A stretch of DNA of 32,000 nt from Pyrodictium delaneyi (GCF_001412615.1 NZ_CP013011.1:54931-86930), one strand, 5' to 3'; positions 7,821-14,420 are shown, numbered from the stretch's first letter. The notes: a model not told the origin generated them from the letters alone. Translations and numbers: made by a program.

Positions 7821-8039
7821 GCTCCGGGGCGCCAGTGATACTATTACCTCGACTAAGTCTCTTGCGGTCAGAACTGAAAGCAGCTTGTCGCAGAGCGAGG
7901 CGCTGACGTTCCTCTTCCCGTTCGCTATCATGTTCGCGTAGGCGTTGCTTATCCCCAGCTCCTTCGGCTTAACCCCCCGAGTCTTCCACGCATAGAGAAA
8001 CAATGCCCTAGAGAGCTCGGGGCCCAGGATATCACACAT
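7776..8039 (-). CDS. integrase N-terminal fragment Int(N), HTH-like
   Basis: ATG at 8039, then 73 codons plus the 15 att-core codons (AAVAQPAERRPGKAE). In the integrated state the frame runs on through the tRNA to a stop at 7692 (track ORF 7692..8039). KELGISNAYANMIANGKRNVS looks like a helix-turn-helix. Confidence 0.7.
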
Positions 8040-8152
8040 GGACAGGTTACATCACCAAGAACCAGGGGCACGAGGAGTTGCATATTAGTGTTATATCAGA
8101 AGGCTTGAAGACTAGTACCGCCCCGGAGCCTATCTAGCACGGTGCGGAGAGG

Positions 8153-8707
8153 GTGCGGCCCGAGCCCGTGTATGCTGCTGTGCTGCTCCTGGGCCTGGCT
8201 CTGGGCTTTGCTGCTGGCCAGTTCACGGCACAGCCCAAGGAGATAGTGCGCGAGACCGTGCTAACGACCACCGTCACCGAGACCGTTACCGAGACGGTTA
8301 CAGTCACGCCGCCCAAACCGAGGATAGAGTGCAGGCCGCTACGGGTGCTCTACAGCAACACCAGCTTAACGCTTGGTGTCTACCTTGTAGAGGAGAAGAG
8401 CAATGTGAGCGGAATAAGCCTACCAACGATTAAGAAGAAGAGAGATGTTATCAGGCTGAGCTTTGAAGGTGGCGGCGAGGGCCAGAGGCTACACATCCAC
8501 ATAGACGCCTACCCCTCGCAGCTAAGGTGGCTGAGCATAGAGCTCTACAACCCAGCCGACCTGCTCGCCTACGTGGCTATGCCCAAGAGCAAGGACATAG
8601 TATTCAGCATACCCTACCCCGACAACTACACCCTAGTCATAGAGCCACAGAGCACAGTAAAGCTCTACAACGTCACAGTGTGGATAGAAGAGTGTCAGCA
8701 ACAATAG
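8153..8707 (+). CDS. membrane-anchored/secreted glycoprotein with Thr/Val-rich stalk
   Basis: GTG start. The N-terminal hydrophobic segment VYAAVLLLGLALGFAAGQFTAQ is followed by TTTVTETVTETVTVTPP. Four N-x-S/T sequons are present (NTS, NVS, NYT, NVT). Confidence 0.65.
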   Translation: MRPEPVYAAVLLLGLALGFAAGQFTAQPKEIVRETVLTTTVTETVTETVTVTPPKPRIECRPLRVLYSNTSLTLGVYLVEEKSNVSGISLPTIKKKRDVIRLSFEGGGEGQRLHIHIDAYPSQLRWLSIELYNPADLLAYVAMPKSKDIVFSIPYPDNYTLVIEPQSTVKLYNVTVWIEECQQQ

Positions 8708-8799
8708 CGATGTATGCCCACCCCCAGCCCAGCTTTTTACATCAACCCATCCCCCTCATTCCCCCATGCCATATACCCGCACTTTTTCGGAGACAAGCC

Positions 8800-8970
8800 A
8801 TGAGCTGTGAGCGGGAAACCGTACTGAAGCTATTAGTGAAGCTCCGTCGAGAGATAAGAGCACTTGACATAGATGAACAAGCTAAAGCGAAGGTTCTCGA
8901 AAAGATCAGAGCCTATGAGCTTGAGCTTGAGGAGCTGCTGGCCGAGGAGCCCGTGTTCTCTAGGAGCTGA
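8800..8970 (+). CDS. small coiled-coil protein (56 aa)
   Basis: The ATG at 8800 lies within track ORF 8527..8970, whose upstream part is a Pro/His-rich shadow. The protein reads MSCERETVLKLLVKLRREIRALDIDEQAKAKVLEKIRAYELELEELL. Its 3' end overlaps the convergent gene by 58 nt. Confidence 0.4.
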   Translation: MSCERETVLKLLVKLRREIRALDIDEQAKAKVLEKIRAYELELEELLAEEPVFSRS

Positions 8971-9266
8971 TACATGGCTCTAAGCAGGTCAGCTATCTTT
9001 TTGCCCTTCTCGGTCAGCTTGACGCATGTTACCTCTTTCTTCTTGCGCGGGTCGTAGCAGACACCACGCTCAACTAGGCCTAGATCCTCTAGGTGCCTAT
9101 AAGCATCATAGAATGTGCCCGAGCCAAGCTCTACTTGTAGCTCGTACTGTGGGATCTCATCCTTGCCGCCTTCTATGAAAGCACGTAGGAATTTCTCGAT
9201 GCTCTTAGCCTTGAAGATTATGAGCCCCACTTCCTTTTCCCGAATCCAGAGAGGGGGTGTATGCAA
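8913..9266 (-). CDS. winged-helix DNA-binding protein
   Basis: GSGTFYDAYRHLEDLGLVERGVCYDPRKKKEVTCVKLTEKGKKIADLL reads as recognition helix plus wing. The start is uncertain: TTG 9266 or an in-frame GTG 12 codons downstream. Confidence 0.6.
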   Translation of the reverse strand: MHTPPLWIREKEVGLIIFKAKSIEKFLRAFIEGGKDEIPQYELQVELGSGTFYDAYRHLEDLGLVERGVCYDPRKKKEVTCVKLTEKGKKIADLLRAMYQLLENTGSSASSSSSSSS

Positions 9267-9296
9267 ATTTCAGCTTTTTTCGTGGTAGTAGTCTGA

Positions 9297-9689
9297 CTAC
9301 CAGTCTCCCGCGCCCGCTCTCTCCTCTACTCTCTGCGTTTTGGCTAAACTAAGAGCATGTTCTAACAAGCTTTCTTTGAGCTCTCCATCCTTTAGAAGTC
9401 GGAGTAAAAGGATTCTAAGCAGCTCTAGCTCCTGGTAGAGATCTGGTCTTGCACGTTCTAGTTGCTCAAAGAACTTATTCACGCGTTCAAGTAGTGTCTC
9501 CCCGACTGGGGTCTTTAACCCACAATTAGGACATGTTGCGCGTTTTGCCGCTCCTCTATAACACCATGTATAGCCGCAGTGTTTACAGACCACCCATGTG
9601 CCTGGACACATTCCGTTACTATGCCCGCTGGCGTGGTTGGTGGTCAGACTACTACCACGAAAACCGCGCATTCCCGCTCCCGTTTTCAT
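9297..9689 (-). CDS. zinc-ribbon protein with C-terminal helical domain
   Basis: CKHCGYTWCYRGAAKRATCPNCG has the C-x2-C-x14-C-x2-C pattern. I trimmed track ORF 9297..9887 to ATG 9689 because its first 66 codons overlap the divergent RHH gene and its promoter. Confidence 0.6.
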   Translation of the reverse strand: MKTGAGMRGFRGSSLTTNHASGHSNGMCPGTWVVCKHCGYTWCYRGAAKRATCPNCGLKTPVGETLLERVNKFFEQLERARPDLYQELELLRILLLRLLKDGELKESLLEHALSLAKTQRVEERAGAGDW

Positions 9690-9756
9690 CTCTTTGCTGG
9701 CCTCTTTTTTCGGTTTCTGGATTCGGAGAAGGGCAATAAGCTTATATCTGATGCAA

Positions 9757-9774
9757 TCCGACTCTAGAATCGGA
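9757..9774. promoter_or_regulatory. near-palindromic operator candidate TCCGAcTCTAGAaTCGGA
   Basis: An 18-bp inverted repeat with one mismatched pair, centred on TCTAGA. It lies between a TATA-like CTTATAT (9741-9747) and the RHH start. A third half-site, ATTCGGA, lies at 9721-9727. Confidence 0.45.
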
Positions 9775-9788
9775 GCCCAGAGCCCGAG

Positions 9789-9986
9789 GTGAGAGGTGTG
9801 CCCCGACCCAAGATTGGAAGGCGTGTAACCGTCTCTCTCCCGCCCGAACTCTACGAGAAGATCGAGAACTACCGAAAGAAGGAGCATCTAACAGAGATGA
9901 GCGAGGCAATACGTCGCCTGCTCTACAAGGCTATTGAGATCGAAGAGGAGAGGGCTCGAGCGGTAGCTGCGGCAACTACTGCCTAG
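9789..9986 (+). CDS. ribbon-helix-helix (CopG/Arc-like) DNA-binding protein
   Basis: GRRVTVSLPPELYEKIENYRKKEHLTEMSEAIRRLLYKAI reads as beta strand, helix, helix. An alternative start is GTG 9798, preceded by GAGGTG. Confidence 0.75.
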   Translation: MRGVPRPKIGRRVTVSLPPELYEKIENYRKKEHLTEMSEAIRRLLYKAIEIEEERARAVAAATTA

Positions 9987-9993
9987 GGGGTGG

Positions 9994-10218
9994 ATGGGGA
10001 TGGTGCGGTTCACCTACGAGAGCCTCATCGACTACGTGTTCACGAAGATGAATAAGGCGATGGAGCTGCTGGACGAGGCTATGCAGGCGCTCTGGTGTCG
10101 CGGCAAGAGCGTAGACGAGTGCCTCAAGGGCATCGACAAGGCGTACAGCCTCATCGAGGACGCCAAGCTCGAGCTCAGCGAGGCAATATCAGAGATACTG
10201 GTCGTAATGGTGGGATGA
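9994..10218 (+). CDS. small helical hypothetical protein (74 aa)
   Basis: Track ORF with an ATG start, packed between two RHH genes. I recognise no motif. Confidence 0.5.
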   Translation: MGMVRFTYESLIDYVFTKMNKAMELLDEAMQALWCRGKSVDECLKGIDKAYSLIEDAKLELSEAISEILVVMVG

Positions 10219-10392
10219 ATGCGGGTCGTGACGTTCAAGGTGGATGAGGACTTCCTCGAAAAGCTAGACAGCTTCGCCCGCTTGAAGGGCGTGACCAGGA
10301 GCGAGGTCATCAGGAAGGCGTTGGAGCTGTACCTGAGGCTAGAGGATTGGAAGGTGCGCCCCGAGCCGAAGATAGTGAGGCTGCTGAGCTAG
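10219..10392 (+). CDS. second ribbon-helix-helix protein (57 aa, below ORF-track cutoff)
   Basis: Translated by hand: MRVVTFKVDEDFLEKLDSFARLKGVTRSEVIRKALELYLRLEDWKVRPEPKIVRLLS. The ATG directly abuts the upstream TGA (tgaatg). Confidence 0.7.
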   Translation: MRVVTFKVDEDFLEKLDSFARLKGVTRSEVIRKALELYLRLEDWKVRPEPKIVRLLS

Positions 10393-10404
10393 GGTGGCAC
10401 AGCA

Positions 10405-10911
10405 GTGCACCATATCTGCCTCTTCATAGTCGAGGCAGACTCTAGGGAAGAGGCTGAGGAGCTGGCGCTGTGTGCCTGGACGGGGGACACGGCCTACTGC
10501 GCTCCGAGGTGGTGGCCGCCGCCCGTCAGGGTGCTCTGCGGCGTCAAGTGGGACTATGCCACTACAGTAGGCAAGCTCAAGCTGTACGAGCGCCAGCTCA
10601 TAGAGGGCGGCGTCCCGCCGAGCTGCGCCCGCCGCATCATGGAGCGGCTGCCCAGGTGCCCCCACGAGTGGGACAGGGACGACGTCACCGTGGCCTGCCT
10701 GGACTTCCCTGCGAGGGTGTCAGACCTGGGCATAGACGCGGCCTACGCGATAGCAGCCGCGTTCAACGGCATGGGCGACATCTGCCTCAACATCCTCTAC
10801 AGGGAAGACACGGCAATCATCTACAGCAGCGGCCTGTGGAAGCTCCGCAAACTGCTAAACACCAGGAGCCACGACAAGCTATGGCTAGTCATAGTAGACG
10901 CCCACGAGTAG
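10405..10911 (+). CDS. hypothetical protein (168 aa)
   Basis: GTG start 13 nt after the RHH stop. I preferred it over the overlapping Arg/Pro-rich frame 10470..10919 and the antisense ORF 10339..10665 because of its balanced amino-acid composition. Confidence 0.55.
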   Translation: MHHICLFIVEADSREEAEELALCAWTGDTAYCAPRWWPPPVRVLCGVKWDYATTVGKLKLYERQLIEGGVPPSCARRIMERLPRCPHEWDRDDVTVACLDFPARVSDLGIDAAYAIAAAFNGMGDICLNILYREDTAIIYSSGLWKLRKLLNTRSHDKLWLVIVDAHE

Positions 10912-10915
10912 AGGG

Positions 10916-11218
10916 GTGACACCCGTGGCGGCTGAGCGTCTCCTGGCGTGGCTGGACAAGAACTCTGACAGGCTGCTGCTGGTGGGGGTGCTCTGGCTCG
11001 CCGCCGTCATGACGCTACAGCTGGCGCTCACAGCGCTTGGGCACAAGACCATCGAGGACGTGGCCAGGGAAGAGGTGCGGGAATGGCTGGTGACGCATAA
11101 CATCACCGTGGTGGTGCAGCAGCCGAGGACCGTCGAGCTGCCAGAGAACCTGTTCTACCTGCTGGTGTTTGCGCTACTCTTCATGCCACTAGTAGGGGCA
11201 ATACTCCGAGACAGGTGA
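10916..11218 (+). CDS. small membrane protein (2 TM)
   Basis: Hydrophobic segments LLLVGVLWLAAVMTLQLALTAL and LFYLLVFALLFMPLVGAIL. Confidence 0.55.
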   Translation: MTPVAAERLLAWLDKNSDRLLLVGVLWLAAVMTLQLALTALGHKTIEDVAREEVREWLVTHNITVVVQQPRTVELPENLFYLLVFALLFMPLVGAILRDR

Positions 11219-11224
11219 TACGCC

Positions 11225-11758
11225 GTGGCGCTGGACGCTAGGCAGCTCAAGGCCCGGTACCAGCAGAAGTGGCGTATCGCTGCAAGGCGGGAGCTTGCTG
11301 TGCTGAATCTGCTGAACATCCTGCTGCCGGACGGCTACGTGGCTATAGCGGCTGGGCTCGGCACGGGTACGACGGACTTCATCGACCGGAGCTATGGGAG
11401 CCCGCTGGACGCGTTCGACCTGGTGGTGCTCCGGGGCATGGACGCTGTGGCGTTCATAGACGTTACGGGGTTCTGGAGCGAGCAGGCCGCCAGGACGGTA
11501 AACGGCGGCAAGGAGCTCTGCGTGGGCGCGTGGAAGCTCTGGAAGGCCCAGCGCTTCGGCCTGCTCGACCGCGCCTGGATAGTCCACGTCGCCGACAAGC
11601 GCGTCAGCCTACGCTGGCTCCCCCTAGCAGCCCTCGAGGCCGAGAAGCACATGGCACGCCTAGTCCACGGCGAGCGCCCATACTACTGCCTACCCCAGCA
11701 GAAGTGGCGCGACACAAGCGCGTTCATCCGCTGGCTCACTGCCCAGGCCCACGCCTAG
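11225..11758 (+). CDS. hypothetical protein (177 aa), possible nuclease-like fold (weak)
   Basis: I preferred it over the Arg-rich shadow frame 11269..11859. The pattern ERELAVL...LDAFDLVV...AFIDVTG...VGAWK is only loosely PD-(D/E)xK-like. Confidence 0.5.
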   Translation: MALDARQLKARYQQKWRIAARRELAVLNLLNILLPDGYVAIAAGLGTGTTDFIDRSYGSPLDAFDLVVLRGMDAVAFIDVTGFWSEQAARTVNGGKELCVGAWKLWKAQRFGLLDRAWIVHVADKRVSLRWLPLAALEAEKHMARLVHGERPYYCLPQQKWRDTSAFIRWLTAQAHA

Positions 11759-11787
11759 CCCTCTTTCTCCCCGCATACTCCCTTCAA

Positions 11788-11816
11788 CACACGTACACAT
11801 GGGGGTGGTACGTGTG
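11788..11816. other. 9-bp inverted repeat CACACGTAC-N11-GTACGTGTG (hairpin or operator)
   Basis: A perfect inverted repeat in the 131-bp gap between the 177-aa ORF and the wHTH gene. Confidence 0.4.
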
Positions 11817-11889
11817 CCCGGGCGTTGTGGCTTCACAGCTGTCACGCGCCGGGAACTGAAGAAGCTAGAGAAGACGGGGGTGGCCGAAG

Positions 11890-12162
11890 ATGCGCTTTGT
11901 GGATAAGATTGGTGTGCTGCTTGAGCTCGCGGAGAGGAGCGATGGCTGCATCGAGCAGCGAGAGCTGGCGCATGAGCTGGAGAAGCGTGGACTCAACCCG
12001 GTGACTGCTAAGAGCAGTGCTAGCCGGCTCGTTAACAAGCTACTGTCCGCCGGGCTGGCCGTGGAGTGTTCGCCAAGCCCCAGGGGCTCCAAGCGCATAT
12101 ACGTAGAGCCTGACATCTTGCGCACACTCATCCAAGTATGCAAGCTATGCAAGGAAGTCTAA
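11890..12162 (+). CDS. winged-helix (MarR-like) DNA-binding protein
   Basis: IEQRELAHELEKRGLNPVTAKSSASRLVNKLLSAGLAVECSPSPRGSKRIYV reads as HTH plus wing. Confidence 0.65.
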   Translation: MRFVDKIGVLLELAERSDGCIEQRELAHELEKRGLNPVTAKSSASRLVNKLLSAGLAVECSPSPRGSKRIYVEPDILRTLIQVCKLCKEV

Positions 12163-12176
12163 CAGGGTGGCCGGCA

Positions 12177-12740
12177 ATGGGTAGGCATGTGTTGTACTCT
12201 ATATTCTACCGCTGTGGTGATGGCCGGGAGCGGCTGCGTTGTGTGGACGAGGCGGGGTTCCGGCGGGCGCTGGCTGGTATCGCTGAGGCTGGCTGCCGGG
12301 TGGAGTTCATCCACGACGACGTGCTGCCGCGCGAGCCATGGCTCGCCGACTACGTGCTCGCGCTGCTACACTATGCTGGTAGGCCGCTGAGGCTCTACCA
12401 GGTGGTGAGGCTGCTGAGCGTCTTCGCGATGCTGGCGGGGCTCGAGGACGAGCTAGAGGTCTATGACACCGGCAAGGGCCCCTGGAGCACCGAGGTAGAG
12501 ACCACGGTGTACGAACTGGTGTACACCGGGTACCTGGAGTCCACGAAGCGGGGCTACGCGCTCACCGAGGCCAAGGGCGTCGACGAGGCACGCTGCGCGG
12601 CGGCGGTGATAGAGGCCTGGAGCAGCGACGAAGCCAAACTCCTCAAACGCCTAGCCGAGAAAACCAGGCGGATGAACAGGGCCCAGTTCAACGCGTTCAT
12701 AGAGAAACTACGGCCAGTGAGGGCGGCCACCCATGTATGA
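12177..12740 (+). CDS. hypothetical protein (187 aa)
   Basis: Track ORF 12138..12740 trimmed to ATG 12177, which lies after the upstream stop at 12162. The C-terminal half (GPWSTEVETTVYELVYTGYLESTKRGYALT) looks winged-helix-like. Confidence 0.5.
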   Translation: MGRHVLYSIFYRCGDGRERLRCVDEAGFRRALAGIAEAGCRVEFIHDDVLPREPWLADYVLALLHYAGRPLRLYQVVRLLSVFAMLAGLEDELEVYDTGKGPWSTEVETTVYELVYTGYLESTKRGYALTEAKGVDEARCAAAVIEAWSSDEAKLLKRLAEKTRRMNRAQFNAFIEKLRPVRAATHV

Positions 12741-12885
12741 GCTTGACCCCGAGGCCATGGAGATGGCGGTGTACTGGCTCTTCGACCACGAGCTCTGGGA
12801 GCTGCTCAGCGACATAGAAGCCGCCAAGCGCGACGCAGAATGGCTCAAGAAAATCCTCAGAAAGAGGGTGGCCGGGGATGGCTAG
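12733..12885 (+). CDS. small helical protein (50 aa, below cutoff)
   Basis: Translated by hand: MYELDPEAMEMAVYWLFDHELWELLSDIEAAKRDAEWLKKILRKRVAGDG. The ATG overlaps the upstream stop (atgtatga). Confidence 0.4.
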   Translation: MYELDPEAMEMAVYWLFDHELWELLSDIEAAKRDAEWLKKILRKRVAGDG

Positions 12886-13078
12886 TCGTCTTGCACGTTT
12901 CTTGGGGCGTGTCCTCAGGCCCCTGGAGCTCCTTGGGGAGATAGAGCGCCGGGCCCGCTGCATACGCTGGGAGCAGGAGTGCCGTTTCTACGGCAAGAAC
13001 TGCCTCGAGTATAAGCTCACATGCCACGATACAAAACCGCTGGGCCGGCTCCTGAGGGGGCTGCTCCGCAGAGGCTAG
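12878..13078 (+). CDS. small Cys-containing basic protein (66 aa)
   Basis: Its start overlaps the previous stop (ATGGCTAG). It carries four Cys in CIRWEQECRFYGKNCLEYKLTC. I preferred it over the antisense ORFs 12697..12963 and 12857..13114. Confidence 0.4.
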   Translation: MASRLARFLGRVLRPLELLGEIERRARCIRWEQECRFYGKNCLEYKLTCHDTKPLGRLLRGLLRRG

Positions 13079-13098
13079 AGTATATGTATATGTATATA

Positions 13099-14010
13099 CT
13101 ATATGTAGCCCCACTCGCGGGCGATGTCCTCGAGCTCCAGCTCTTCCACCGCTTCTTTATCGTCGCTCTCGGCTATCTCCTCTAGCTCCTCTGCCGCCTT
13201 CTCCGCGAGCTCCTCTAGCTCCTTCTGTATCTTCTTGGTGCCCGCCTCTACGTATTTGTCGCGCATCCTCTTGTAGTCCAGGTATATCTCGTCCGGCAGG
13301 ACTGCCATGAACCTGTACTCCCAGAGCGGCTCGGGCATCTTCCGGCGGTAGAAGAGCCACTCGAAGTCCTCGCTGTCGACTATGTAGCCCCTCGTCTTGC
13401 TTATCTTGACGAAGCACTTCTCGTGTGCCTCTGCCAGCTCCCTGTACGTCTTGCCCCGGTTGGCTTCTATCAGCCTGCGGCACTCGGGGATGTCCCGGCG
13501 GGGTTTCACGTTCTCGACGCTGACGAGATCCACGAGGCTCAGCGACTCCCTTATGCCCTTGGCGAGCTTCCCGTAGCTGGTCGCCGTGAATATCATCGTG
13601 GAGACGTGGGTACGTATCACCTCTAGGTGCTCGACCACGGCCATCACGAACTTGGACTTGTAGCGGCCGCGGAACAGCCAGGCGCCAGCGTCGTCCCATA
13701 TCGCGAGGGGTATCCTCTTGTGGTGGTCGACCAGCTCCTTGAAGACCCGGACGAACTCGGTCGGGCTGTAGAAGATGTACTTCTTCGCCGTGTCCCAGTC
13801 CCTGTAGACGCCCAGCAGGAGCTTGATAGCCAGCACGGACTTGCCTATCCCGCGCTTGAAGATGGCGTTGGGGTACGCGAATATCCCCCAGAGCAGCCCG
13901 TAGTCGTTCACGTAGCTCTCCCATATAACCTCTAGGTGCGGCATCTTCGCCGTATGCCTGTTTATGAACTCCTGCAGTGTTAGCTGTTTCTTGGCCTTCG
14001 CCAGGCTCAT
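13099..14010 (-). CDS. P-loop NTPase with acidic coiled-coil tail
   Basis: Walker A-like FKRGIGKS (aa 51-58, KGGxGK[ST]-like), Walker B PLAIWDDAG (aa 101-109), and a possible motif C MIFTATS. The C-terminus is rich in E/K. The overlapping frame 13157..13924 is an Arg-rich shadow. Confidence 0.75.
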   Translation of the reverse strand: MSLAKAKKQLTLQEFINRHTAKMPHLEVIWESYVNDYGLLWGIFAYPNAIFKRGIGKSVLAIKLLLGVYRDWDTAKKYIFYSPTEFVRVFKELVDHHKRIPLAIWDDAGAWLFRGRYKSKFVMAVVEHLEVIRTHVSTMIFTATSYGKLAKGIRESLSLVDLVSVENVKPRRDIPECRRLIEANRGKTYRELAEAHEKCFVKISKTRGYIVDSEDFEWLFYRRKMPEPLWEYRFMAVLPDEIYLDYKRMRDKYVEAGTKKIQKELEELAEKAAEELEEIAESDDKEAVEELELEDIAREWGYI

Positions 14011-14033
14011 TCTCCCAGCCCTACATAGCCGCC

Positions 14034-14420
14034 TTATTCTTCGCTCTCTTCGCCGTATATGATGCGCTTCACAGGCTTCATCATGATTGGCGTCTGCGCC
14101 TGGCCCCTCGCAGCCCTCATCACGCTTATAATCTCCTTCAAGCGGCGGCGCCTGCGGCTAGCACGGAGTATCAGCAGGTTCTCGGTCATGCTCCTCAGTA
14201 TGGTGGGCTGCTGCCAGCCCATGTGCTGGCGGAGCATCTCGTCCACAGCCAGCAGCATCGCTATGCTCCGTATCTCGCCGTCCTTCAGGTCGCTCAGAGT
14301 GTACTTTGCTAGGCCCTCTGGCTCGACAAGCCGCTCAACCACGTAGTTCATAGCGCGGAACGGGTCGGGGCCCTCTCCGCCGCCCTTCCTCGCCTTCTGA
14401 ATCTTATCCAAGAGCCTCAT
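14034..14420 (-). CDS. hypothetical protein (128 aa)
   Basis: Track ORF with an ATG start that overlaps the upstream stop (ATGA). It contains a basic stretch, RASRRRRRLKE. Confidence 0.6.
   Translation of the reverse strand: MRLLDKIQKARKGGGEGPDPFRAMNYVVERLVEPEGLAKYTLSDLKDGEIRSIAMLLAVDEMLRQHMGWQQPTILRSMTENLLILRASRRRRRLKEIISVMRAARGQAQTPIMMKPVKRIIYGEESEE

Noticed and set aside
8266-8310. Short tandem repeats (accgtcaccgagaccgttaccgagacggttacagtcacg), considered as a possible CRISPR-like or satellite repeat.
   Set aside because: They are in frame and encode the Thr/Val/Glu stalk TVTETVTETVTVT of the 8153..8707 protein. No repeat-spacer architecture exists anywhere in the window.
9690-9887. The N-terminal 66 codons of ORF 9297..9887.
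   Set aside because: They overlap the RHH gene and its promoter on the other strand. The internal ATG at 9689 leaves a clean divergent arrangement.
10219-10911. RHH-2 plus the 168-aa downstream ORF, considered as a VapBC-type toxin-antitoxin pair.
   Set aside because: The 168-aa protein lacks the PIN layout: there is no N-terminal hhhD(T/S) strand and no spaced acidic quartet that I can align. I keep the TA idea only as an untested possibility within the regulatory-hub finding.
13157-13924. A 255-aa minus-strand ORF overlapping the NTPase gene. Similar long ORFs occur at 10470..10919, 11269..11859, 11392..11652, 13627..13935, 13977..14312, 21611..21910, 21708..21905, 19306..19701 and 19851..20195.
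   Set aside because: These are Arg/Gly/Pro/Ala-rich, low-complexity translations in alternative frames of G+C-rich coding DNA. Such stop-poor shadow frames are expected. In each case the overlapping frame has a balanced composition and recognisable motifs or TM segments.
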